Shown here piece after piece: positions 29,621 through 41,400 of a DNA stretch of 64,000 nucleotides. The notes beneath the pieces were generated by a model. It saw only the letters and a list, made by a program, of their open reading frames with translations. It had not been told where the DNA came from and did not search any database. The stretch is taken from positions 6,076,001-6,140,000 of the forward strand of contig JBHGNT010000010.1 in assembly GCA_043228905.1 (NCBI GenBank), written 5' to 3'. Source of the stretch: Azolla caroliniana (Eukaryota; Plantae; Polypodiophyta). How positions within the stretch are numbered: the stretch's first letter is position 1; each line of letters opens with the position of its first letter. The translations under genes were made by a program, and so were the position numbers.

Positions 29621-31128
29621 TCATTCCTCTACAATTGCGAGGATATCATTGTCCTTGTAAAGCACATACCTGCAGAGGAAGGGAGAAGATTAAAACCAGA
29701 TTACAAAAATAATTACACAGTTTGTTAGTCAACACTATCAAATCTCAAAGCTTTCTAACAACCTATCTTTAGTCTTGTTAGCTGAAATATTAGGTTAACT
29801 ATCACATTGATGAGCTTTATTTGCAATGGCATACATTTCTAAATGACATGCAACTCAATACAATGTGGGTAAGTTCATTTGATGCGCGCATTCTATGAAT
29901 GATTTAGTGCAGAGTTCTTTCTGTAATTGATGAATTCACAAGGGAAGACAAAGATACATACTCTTCTTCACCAAGCTTCATTTGGTTTCCTCCATATTCC
30001 GGAAGCAATACAGTGTCACCTTCTTTCACCACTATAGGTATAAGCTTTCCATCAGAACCCCTCCCACCAGGCCCTACTGCAATAACTTTTCCAGTATTAA
30101 CCTGAGTAGAAAATGTCAAAACTTTCCACTCAGAATTCAAATAAGTGCATGTTTCAAATCTATCCAAACTAACTCAGCATACAATTGAAGTATGAATACC
30201 CAATGTCAGTAATACGATTGTGAAAGTGTATTTCTACAATTGGTAGCAATAATTTTATGAGACAGTCCCATAACATTAATAAATAAGATCCCAACCATTA
30301 CAGATCTGAGAATGATCGAGCCTCGGGTAGATAAGAAATTCCATTTCTGATGGAAACAATGAAGGTTAAATAATATGCCATGATCAATCACGCTAAATAT
30401 CCCTGGCTCTGAAAACCCCATGAATATTGCTATGACAGGCATCAGTAATAATGACGAACATTTTCAACATTATCAAAAGTTATAGTCATTATCATCAGAA
30501 TGGGAAAATGAGAAAAAGTTTGGCTTAATAATGTGTCTTGCATTCTTTAGTTGGAGGAAGAGATAATTCCAACGATTCCATTCATAATCAACGAGCATCA
30601 ATGATGATGATGCGCTTATTCATATACCTTTCACATTTTACTAAAGTACGGTATTCACGATGGAGATCCATTGATTTGGCACTCAGAATAGAACAGTATT
30701 CCAACAGGCATAACAATGAGGGTGCAGATGGTTTACAGCGATTTAGCAATCAGACTTCAACAAAGTATCCAACTAATGATGAAGTTCTATTAATGTCGCA
30801 TTCAGGTATTGAGCGTGTATTCCATTAGGTAACATAGAAGAAGAAGAAATAACGATGATAAACCCTAATTAGCAGGTTTTGGACGATGAAGAACCATTGA
30901 TTACTTAGCACCTAGGAATATGGTTTATCCCATTCCTTATATTAGTGAAGAATACAATGCAAACAATATGGAATCAAAAAAAAGGAAAGGAAAGGAAAAG
31001 AAAAGGCTGACCTTGGATGCAGAAGCTGATTCAGGAAGTAAAACTCCACCTCCAGACTTGGTAGGGGCGACAATCTTCTGCACGAGCACTCGGTTGAGCA
31101 AAGGGATGAGCTTCTTCGCCGAGGCCAT
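29621..31128 (-). CDS. CPN10: 10 kDa chaperonin (mitochondrial-type Cpn10/HSP10), 101 aa; exons 31128-31012, 30101-29962, 29669-29621
   Basis: KLIPLLNRVLVQK, TKSGGGVLLPE, GKVIAVGPG, VKEGDTVLLPEYGG and YKDNDILAIVEE*; GT-AG introns in frame. Confidence 0.95.
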
Positions 31129-31859
31129 AGCTATGAGAGATGAGAAGCAAAAAAACACAGAGAGAGAAAGAATATGTTCTTCTTTGTTCTGCAAGGATTT
31201 TAGGGTTTATTTCTGTGCAATGGGGAGGAGGGGGTGGGGGGAGTGTGGTTTCTAGAAGGTCCTATTTTGTGTGAAGGTTTTACATAGGTTTCCATTTATT
31301 CCAGATGTAGCCCCCCAACACTTTCTTAGCCGAAACTTCAAGTTTGATCTGAAGTTACAAATGTATACATACATACATGGCAGTCGGCATTCGGCCGAAT
31401 CTTCAAAGGTAATGTCGGAATTTAGCCTGATTCGGCTAGTCCGGATCATGTGTTGTTCGGGTCGACTTGTCCGGGTCGACTTGTCCGGGTTGACCGGAAT
31501 GGCTCGTTCGGATTGGCTTCCGGCCTTTGGTCGTCTGTCGGCTTCTTGCTAGTGCTTGCTCCCTTGCTCCCCGTTGGATTCTCGATTTGTCTTCGGCTTT
31601 GCCCGCCTATCGATCTTCTCCTCTCCAATCAACATCCTCGCACTCGACTGCGTCTTTTCCCTTTCGGTTGTCCGTCTACTTCGCCTTTGCCTTTTCGGCT
31701 TGTCCGCCCGGACCGATCTTTGACTTACCTGCCACGATTGTTTGTTCAGCTCTCTTGTGCTCGGTCGCTTATTGTAGTCCCATGGCATTGTTCTAGGAGT
31801 GGCTTTGTTAGGCAATCGGGAATGTTCACCTCGGTGTCGATCTTCCGAACTGTAAGGTG

Positions 31860-32163
31860 TTTTGCGCTCTGAGTCGCAATAGATGGTCTGTGATGGATGG
31901 TCGATTCGGCTTGTCGCCGAAAAATCGGCCAATAGTCGGTGCAACCAGATTGCTTCCTTAGTTGCTTCTGATGCGACTATGTATTCGGCCTCTATGGTTG
32001 ACAAGCTCGTGCACTCTTGCAATTTCAACCTCCATGATATGGCGATGCTACCATAGGTGAATATATAATCTGATGTTGACTTCCGATTGTTCGGATTACA
32101 GGCATAGTCAGAGTTTGTATAGCCTTCGACTTCGGTCAGATTGGCCAATCCGAAAGTTAGTTG
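31860..32163 (-). mobile_element. Old Ty1/Copia remnant, RNase H part (continues from 43496-44360)
   Basis: GYTNSDYA...RKSTSDYIF...ISWRLKLQECTSLSTIEAEYIVASEATKEAIWL. Removing the inserted element and one TSD restores ...DVQL/TFG... Confidence 0.85.
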
Positions 32164-32435
32164 TGGCAGGAACAGTACGCTCCCTATATGCAACGCTCGG
32201 CCACAACCGAGCTTAGAATCATCCACAGAAAAACGGGAAATAAATGCACGACACAAAGAAGAGAAGGGTACACAGGATGTTTACGTGGAAAACCCCAAAC
32301 TAGGGAAAAAACCATGGCAGCCCACACGCTGCAAACTATCACTATGTTAGAATGTACAACAGTGAGTTCACGGAGGCAACGACCTCGTGCTCACGATCTT
32401 CGCCACATGCGGCTGTTTCAACAGAGGCAACGACC

Positions 32436-32478
<43 letters not shown>

Positions 32479-33307
32479 ACACGGTTACACGCTCTCTCTC
32501 TTCTTGCACCAACAAGAATAACAACAACTGTCTAAAAGTTTGCCCTAAGTCATATTTATACTAATATGACTTTTCGGCTATTTACAAATATAGCCATGAT
32601 GGACTCTTAGAAACATTATTTACGAATATGTCGGTTCTCACCGGGTCTGCACTGCACCATCTGGCTCTCCGTAGCTGGGTACTCCTCATCCGGTTCTCAC
32701 CGGGTTTGCACTATCTAGCTCTCCGTAGCCGGGTACTCGTCATACGGTTTCCCATCCGGAGGGACCTGTCTCCCAACAAACTCCCCCTTCACTCCGGCAT
32801 GGGGTGTGTCATGGCAAGACTCGAACCCATGACTTTATGCTACATGGGTCGAGCTCTTACCATTAGATTAGGAATTGTATTTTGTAGGATATTATTTTTA
32901 TTTATACTTTATCATAGAAAATTGATGTATATTCCAGATCTGTCTGGAACATTCTAGAAGCTTCAAGATTATTCCTAAAAACACTATAAAAGGAGGCACA
33001 AGGCATTGTTTTGAACCAAATTGGTTCAACGCCAGTCTTAAGCCTCTTAGCCGCTTGTACTTATCTTTTCACATAATATATAGCTGCTGTCATCATCTCT
33101 CTCATTCTCGCTATCTCTCTCTCTCTCTCCTCTTCTCACTTCCTCTCTCGGGAATCTTACGCAGTCCCGTCCTCTTAGTACTAATAGTACTGCTGTTCTT
33201 AGTACTAATTCCATCTCTGTTTTAGTACTATTCCTGACAGTTTGAACCAATTTTTCCTCTAGCCTACTTGTCACTCTCCCTCATCCTCCTACCCTTTTCC
33301 CTATACT

Positions 33308-34465
33308 ATGGCTACTGTTAGCGCCCAAGAATACCAATCCGTTTTCTCCGAGCTACAGTGCCTAAAAGAAAAGTTTGTTGCCCTGGAACAAGAAAACCAA
33401 CGGCTGATAGGGGATCTGCAACAAATCGCTCTAGAAAAACAACAAACACAACAACAACATGGGGAGTTAGCGTTACGGGTACAACAACTCGAAGCAGCGT
33501 TGCAACAACAAGGATCCAGTCCCCAAGGATTTCATAAAGAGCCCAAGATTGGACTTCCTGTGAAATTTGATGGAACGCGTTCGCAATTCCGGGGATTCCT
33601 TAATCAGGTACGCTTAGTCATCCAGATGCATCCTTCCCGATATCCCACTGATGCATCTCGAGTCGGCCTAATAGGCACGCTACTTAGCGGCTCAGCCTTG
33701 GCATGGTTTGCTCCGCTTCTAGAAAAACAATCACCTTTACTTAATAACTTTGAAGATTTTATTGGTGAGTTTAAAGCCTGCTTTGGAGACACCGACAGCA
33801 TCAGGACGGCGATCAACAAGATCCGGCGATTGCGTCAAGGCGATCGTCCAGCCTCTGCCTACGCGGCGGATTTCCGCCTACTTGCTTCAGATATACCCTG
33901 GGATGATCAAGCACTAATGGAGCAGTTTCGCTATGGCTTGCGAAACAATGTCAAAGATCTACTTCTAACTTTCCCCGAAGAACCAAAGTCTCTTACGGAG
34001 GCAATCAGTCGAGCAGTTCGATGTGACAACCGCCTTTTTGAACGGCGTTCAGAACGTCAATTACAGATACCACGCTCTAGGCCAGAGCCCACTTACGCCG
34101 CAGTCGCGGCTAAACCGTTTGCACGAGACACACCTCAAGCAAATACTTCGACACCGATGGAGATCGATACCATGCGTCGACGTGGCCCGTTATCGGAAGA
34201 AGAAAAGCAACGACGACGTGCCAATCGATTATGTCTTTATTGCGGTGGACCAGGACATATCGCCATCAATTGTCCCCATAGGCCAAGAAGACAGGTAAAT
34301 CAAATCGTCGCCTGTACTAAACCCGAGTCAATTCTTCCCTTTGGAGTGTCTGATAGTATTAATAGTACTAATAGAGTGTCAGATAGTATTCATAGTACTA
34401 ATAGCCCAAGTATCTCAAATAAATTTGAAATCCTTAGTCAATTAGATGAAGAGTTAAACGATTGA
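33308..34465 (+). CDS. Gag of chromovirus A (coiled coil, capsid, CCHC knuckle), intact
   Basis: PVKFDGTRSQFRGF, LRQGDRPASAYAADF, TPMEID and CLYCGGPGHIAINC. Confidence 0.93.
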   Translation: MATVSAQEYQSVFSELQCLKEKFVALEQENQRLIGDLQQIALEKQQTQQQHGELALRVQQLEAALQQQGSSPQGFHKEPKIGLPVKFDGTRSQFRGFLNQVRLVIQMHPSRYPTDASRVGLIGTLLSGSALAWFAPLLEKQSPLLNNFEDFIGEFKACFGDTDSIRTAINKIRRLRQGDRPASAYAADFRLLASDIPWDDQALMEQFRYGLRNNVKDLLLTFPEEPKSLTEAISRAVRCDNRLFERRSERQLQIPRSRPEPTYAAVAAKPFARDTPQANTSTPMEIDTMRRRGPLSEEEKQRRRANRLCLYCGGPGHIAINCPHRPRRQVNQIVACTKPESILPFGVSDSINSTNRVSDSIHSTNSPSISNKFEILSQLDEELND

Positions 34466-37400
34466 GTCCAGCCAAAATAGGAGCCATTTGGTTGGACAGC
34501 AGCCCTAGATCTGTACAGCCCATTAGTGGTTCCATTCCTTCCAAGCAAGTTAGCAATGTGTTCCTAGCCCAAGTCATTGTTAGTACTAAAAGTACTCCCC
34601 CAGTACCCGTCCTAGCACTTTTAGATTCCGGAGCTAATTCCTGTTTCATGGATCGAAATTTTGCCCAAGCTTCTCAGATATCCTTAAGAAAACTTCCTTG
34701 TCCCGCATCTGTAGTGGTCATTGATGGTCGTCCCATTGCTTCCGGGAATATTGTAGAAGAATCAGAACCCATTCAAGTTGTCCTAGGTAGTTTTGTGTGT
34801 ATAATATCATTTAATATAATTAGTAGTCCAGAGCATCCCATTGTCCTAGGATTACCTTGGCTTGAATTACATAATCCAGCCATAGAATGGAGAACAAGAG
34901 AAGTCCGATATCGACCACCCCAAGAATCAACTCACCGAGTTTCGACCATTTCACTCCATCAACTACGCGAAGAAGGACCCAAGGAGGCAATGTTCCTATT
35001 TGCCATATCAGTACATCCTTCTAGCACTATTAAGAAGGACTCCTCAATACAACTTCCGGCAAAATATCATCCTTATGCCGATGTATTTGACAAGGTAAAA
35101 GCCGGTACCCTTCCTCATCACCGTCCCTATGACTGTCCCATCGATTTACAACCAGGAACTGAGCCACCATGGGGACCAATTTACAACTTGTCACCCACCG
35201 AGTTAGAAGTCCTTCGAGCCTACATAGAGGAGAACTTGGCAAGCGGGTTCATCCGTCATTCGAAATCTCCGGCCGGTGCACCCATCTTCTTTGTCAAGAA
35301 GAAAGATGGCTCACTTCGTCTTGTCGTTGATTACCGCGGATTGAATAAAGTCACCATCCGGAATAGGTATGCACTTCCTCTTATATCAAGTCTTTTAGAG
35401 CGAGTTAATGGTGCCAAGTTTTTTACTAAAATCGACCTACGAGGAGCGTATAATCTCGTGCGGATCCGACCGGGAGATGAGTGGAAGACCGCTTTTCGCA
35501 CGCGGTATGGGCATTTCGAGTATACTGTTATGCCGTTTGGCCTAACCAATGCACCCGCAGTCTTCCAACACATGGCAAATGATATATTCAGAGACCTCTT
35601 GGATATCTGTTTGATCATTTATCTGGATGATCTGTTGATTTATTCGAAGACCCAGGAAGAGCACGATTCTCATGTACTATTAGTACTAAAGCGACTCCGC
35701 GAGAATGGTCTTTATGCCAAGCTAGAGAAATGTAGCTTTGACTGCAAGCAAGTGGAATTTCTAGGCTACGTCATCTCCTCAAAGGGCATCGCCATGGATC
35801 CAACTAAAATCCAAACTGTACTAGAGTGGCAAATTCCACGGTCGGTACGAGATGTACAATGTTTTCTAGGCTTTGCTAACTTCTACCGTAAGTTTATACA
35901 GGATTACTCGAAGATTATTTTACCTCTCACACAACTTACGAAGAAGGGCCAAGCATTTCTTTGGTCCATCGAAGCAGATATGGCTTTTCGGCATCTTAAG
36001 AAAGCCTTTACATCAGCACCGATTCTAGCTCATGTGGATACAAGCAAACCATTCATCATGGAGGCCGACGCATCAGATTTCGCCCTCGGTAGCATCCTTT
36101 CTCAACAAGGCGATAAAGAAGAGTTGCATCCGGTGGCTTTCCATTCGCGCAAATTCAATGTCGCAGAAATCAACTACGAAATACATGACAAGGAGTTATT
36201 AGCCATCGTGGATTCATTTGTACAATGGCGGCATTTCTTAGAGGGCTCTCCACATCAGGTCATTGTCTTTAGCGATCATAAAAATCTTGCTTATTTTCAG
36301 AACGCTCGCGTACTAAATCGACGGCAAGCTTGGTGGGCGCAATTCCTCACGCGTTTCAACTTCGAAATCACGTATCGACCGGGGAAGCAGCAAGGAAAAG
36401 CAGATGCGCTATCACGGCGTTCATATCTTGCACCTCGTCCTGGTGACGCAACATTTGATAATCAAAAGCAAGTAATCTTGGGACCAAAACGATTGCACAC
36501 GACGCGGATTTTTCACACCCCGATGGATTCACGGATTACCGATGACATACGTGCAACCTTGAAGACGGATAGTTTTGCTCAAGACATCCTGGCGCACATT
36601 GATACTTCTCGGGCATCCTGTTCTCAGTCTCAACAACCAGGTATCGACTACCGACAATTCGAATATCATGATGGTTTGTTATTCTTTAAAAAGCGCGTAT
36701 ATGTCCCCGATTGCTCCTGTCGCCTTCAAATCGTCCAACATTGTCACGACACCCATACGGCGGGACATTTCGGTAGTACCAAGACGTTGGAGTTAGTGCA
36801 GCGATCTTTTTGGTGGCCCCACATGCGCCGTTTTGTCGACGACTACGTTCGGACCTGTGATGCTTGCTGCCGAGCAAAGATGCCACGACACCATCCATAT
36901 GGCTTGTTGGAACCTTTACCAATTCCAAGTAAGCCATGGCAGTCTATTTGTCTTGATTTTATTACAGATATGCCGGTCTCGAAGGGGTTCGATGCTATCC
37001 TAACTGTCGTCGATCGATATACGAAGATGGCACATTTTGTGCCATGTACTAAAGCCATCACTAGCGAGGAAACCGCCACTCTTGTTATGCGTGAGGTATT
37101 TCGGCATCATGGCCTACCAGACAGTATTATCAGTGACCGAGGCCCGCAATTTGTCTCCAAATTTTGGTAGCATCTCTTCAGGATGCTCAAGGTCTCCTGC
37201 AACCTCTCCTCCGGCTACCATCCGCAAACTGACGGACAGGCGGAACGAACAAACCAAACGTTGGAGCAATATCTCCGGTGTTTCCTGAATTATCAACAGG
37301 ACGATTGGGCCGAGATTCTCCACTTTGCGGAGTTTGCGTATAATAATGCTATTCACTCCTCGACTCGGGTCTCCCCATTTCTCGCTTATACCGGTTTCCA

Positions 37401-38034
37401 TCCTCGCTGGTCGGTGATCGACACTCCGGAGCTACCTACCAACCCTCGTGCCGAGGACCATTTGGAGAGGCTACGCAAGATCCAGATGGATCTCTCTACT
37501 CACCTTCGTCATGCTCAACACACACAGAAGACTTATGCGGATTATCATCGGATTCCCTCCTCTTTTGCCATCGGAGATCGAGTATGGCTCTTACGTCGTC
37601 ACATCAAGACTACTCGACCGTGCGACAAGTTGGATTATCGACGACTCGGTCCTTTCCGTATTACGGGGAAGATTAATGATGTCACCTTCCGCCTGGATCT
37701 CCCTCCGCAGCTTCAGATACATCCGGTTTTCCATTGTTCTCTTCTTGAACCTTATAAAGCAAACACCATTCCCGATCGTGTGACACCACCGCCGCCCCCG
37801 CTGGAGTTGGACGCCGGCCCGGAGTATGAAGTTGCTTCCATCCTCGATTCCAAACTTGTTCGCAACAAACTTTATTACTTGGTCGATTGGCTCGGTTATA
37901 GTCCGAGCGAACGTACTTGGGAACCCGTCGAGAATGTTGCCAATGCACAAGATCTTCTTGCTGATTTCCACCGAAAGTATCCGGACAAACCCAGTCCGCA
38001 GTTAGCGCCGACTCGTTCCACTCGTCGTCTTTAA
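34453..38034 (+). pseudogene. Pol of chromovirus A (protease, RT, RNase H, integrase, chromodomain) in the -1 frame; one nonsense codon at 37168-37170
   Basis: LLDSGA, YLDD, EADASDFA, HHCC/DFIT/SDRG/GQAER integrase and EYEVASILDS...YLVDWLGY...TWEP chromodomain. Confidence 0.93.
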
Positions 38035-38481
38035 GGGGGAGATAGTGTCATGGCAAGACTCGAACCCATGACTTTATGCTACATGGGTCGAGCTCTTACC
38101 ATTAGATTAGGAATTGTATTTTGTAGGATATTATTTTCATTTATACTTTATCATAGAAAATTGATGTATATTCCAGATCTGTCTGGAACATTCTAGAAGC
38201 TTCAAGATTATTCCTAAAAACACTATAAAAGGAGGCACAAGGCATTGTTTTGAACCAAATTGGTTCAACGCCAGTCTTAAGCCTCTTAGCCGCTTGTACT
38301 TATCTTTTCACATAATATATAGCTGCTGTCATCATCTCTCTCATTCTCGCTATCTCTCTCTCTCTCCTCTTCTCACTTCCTCTCTCGGGAATCTTACGCA
38401 GTCCCGTCCTCTTAGTACTAATAGTACTGCTGTTCTTAGTACTAATTCCATCTCTGTTTTAGTACTATTCCTGACAGGGTG

Positions 38482-41400
38482 TCTTACTAGTCCAATCCTC
38501 TTCCGGCATGCATCCAGCTTGTCGGGTATCAGCACTTTGGTCAGCATATTTGACCCGTTCTCGGCCGTGTGGATCTTCGTCAGCGCGAACTCCTAGACAT
38601 CTACTCTTTCCCGGATCCAGTGATACCTTCGCTGGATATGCTTCGTCTGGGAATGGTAGGCCACATTCTTAGCAATGTGGATGTCACTTTGACTCTCGCA
38701 ATAGAGTCGGTATTCATCTTGCCGGATACCGAGCTCTCCGATGAAGTCCTTCATCCATAATATTTCCTTGCCGGCTTCCACAACCGCCATGTACTCCGCC
38801 TCCGTGGTTGACAATGCAACTGTCTTCTGCAGCCTCGACTGCCACGAAACAGCTCCCCCTGCATATGTCATTACATACCCGGATGTAGACCGGCTGGTAT
38901 CCACATCAGCCGACATGTCCGAATCGGTGAAACCATCAAGTTGAGGTTTTCCGGAGCCGAATCGGAGACACATATTTGAAGTGCCCTTCAAATACCGGAG
39001 TATCCATTTGACCGCATTCCAATGCTCCTTGCCGGGATTGCTCATAAACCGGCTCACCACTCCGACTACGTATCCTATATCCAGTCAGGTACACACCATT
39101 GCATACATCAAGCTCCCGACGGCAGAGGCATATGGAATCTTCATCATATCCGCCTTCTCTGCTTTCGTCTTCGGGCTTTGCTTACCGGATAGCCTACAGT
39201 TTGCCGGAAGTGTCGATCCGAGCGGTTTTGCATCTGACATGTTGAACCGGTGAAGCATCTTTGTCACATACTTCTCCTGTGACAGCCACAATTGCTTCAT
39301 TGGCCGGTTCCGGATGATATGCATCCTCAACATCTGTCTTGCCGGACCCAAGTCTTTCATTGAGAAGGTCCAGTTGAGAGCCTTCTTCAGCATCCGTATT
39401 TCGACTTGGTCCCGTCCGACGATCAACATGTCATCCACGTACAGAAGGAGTATCAGGAAGTCTCCTCCTTCGAACTTCTTCACAAACACGCAGTGATCGG
39501 CCTGCGTCTTGTGGTACCGTTGATCGGTCATGAAGGAGTCGAACTTCCGGTACCATTGTCGGGGAGCCTGCTTCAGTCCGTACAGGCTCTTCTTCAACCG
39601 CCATACTAGGTGCTCCTTCCCTTTCTCCACGAATCCTTCTAGTTGCTGCATGTAGATCTCCTCTTCGAGGTCGCCGTGAAGGAATGTCGTCTTCACGTTC
39701 AACTGTTCTACCTCGAGGTTCATGCTTGCCGCTATACTCAGCACCGTCTGGATGGAGGTCATCTTTACTACCGGGGCAAATATCTCGTCAAAGTCCACGC
39801 TACCATTGTCGGGGAGCCTGCTTCAGTCCGTACAGGCTCTTCTTCAACCGCCATACCAGGTGCTCCTTCCCTTTCTCCACGAATCCTTCCGGTTGCTGCA
39901 TGTAGATCTCCTCTTCGAGGTCGCCGTGAAGGAATGTCGTCTTCACGTTCAGCTGTTCTACCTCTAGGTTCATGCTTGCCGCTATACTCAGCACCATCCG
40001 GATGGAGGTCATCTTTACTACCGGGGCAAATATCTTGTCAAAGTCCACGCCCTTTTTCTGCTGGAACCCCTTCACCACGATCCTGGCTTTGTATCTCGGG
40101 GGTTTCCGGCATCTCCCGGTTTCAACTTGTACACCCACTTGTTTCGGAGTGCCTGCTTTCCTTTCGGCAACTCCACCAATTCGTACATATGGTTCTCATG
40201 CAGGGAATCCATCTCATCCTGCATGGCACTTAACCATTTGCGGTTGTGGGTGTCATCCTTCGCTTCTTCGAAGCTTTCCGGCTCCCCCTCATCAGTCAAC
40301 AGAACATGCTCTGCATCCGGAAATCTCTGGGACGCCCTTCTCTCTCTGAGAGGATATCTCCGTCTTCGGGCTTCGGTAACCGGCTCCTCCATTTGCTCTT
40401 CATCCGAATCCGATTCGGGGTCTTGGCCGATTCCGGTTTCAACTTCCTCCACTTCTTCTTCAGCCTGTTCGGTATCCTCACCGTAACCGGCTGGTCCCTC
40501 GAGTGCTAACCGGTCTCTTGCCGGTTGGGTCTGCTCATCGTAGAGTCGATCCTTACCGGTCGACTCGGAGTTCATTATCTTCTTCTCCGACTCCCAGTCG
40601 ACGAGCGTCTTGTCCTCCATGAAGATAATATCTCGACTCCGGAATACCTTCTTGTCGACCGGGTCCCACACTCAGTAGCCGAACTCATCGTCGCCGTAAC
40701 CGAGGAATATGCATGGCCGGGTCTTTGGATCTAACTTTCCTCTCTGGTCCTTAGCTACATGCACGTACGCGAGACACCCGAACACCTTCAGATGCCAGTA
40801 GGATACTTCCTTACCGATCCACACTCTCTGTGGTGTGTCTCCGTCCAAGGGTACTGAGGGTGATCTATTTATCACATATGTCGCCGTCGACAATGCCTCA
40901 GCCCAAAACTTCTTGGGTAGTTTTGCATGCGCTAGCATACTCTGGACCCTCTCCATTATGGTCCGGTTCATCCTCTCGGTCAGTCCGTTTAGTTCCGACG
41001 TCTTTGGCACAGTAAATTCGAGCCGGATTCCCTTCGAGCGACAGTACTCTGCGAACTGCCCCCGGTATTCTCCTCCGTTATCTGCTCGAACTGCCTTCAG
41101 CTTCCGGCCAGTTTCTCTTTCCATTCTCGCGTGGAGCTCTTTGAAGACGGATAGCACCTGATCCTTCGTCTTCAACGGTGTGGCCCACAGCTTCTGGCTG
41201 TGGTCATCTATGAACGTCACGAAGTACTGCGCTCGGGCATGTGACTTCGTGTCTACTTGACACACATCCGTATGCACCAACTCCAGTGGTGCATTACGTC
41301 TCATCGGTGGCCTTGGTCGGAAGGAGGTCCGGTTTTGCTTACCGGCCAGGCAATCAGTGCACTTCTCCAAGTGCACGTTCTTCACTGGAATGAGGTTGTC

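Larger units (their letters stand above)
32807..38476 (+). mobile_element. Very young Ty3/Gypsy chromovirus A (Tcn1/Tf1-like); LTRs 32807-33239 and 38046-38476
   Basis: TG...CA LTRs differing by about one substitution and one CT unit; TSD GGGTG; PPT aagggggagatag before the 3' LTR; no tRNA PBS. Confidence 0.97.

Noticed and set aside
31549-32256. 235-aa gene
   Set aside because: Chimeric frame made of Copia LTR end, old RNase H and frameshifted tail.
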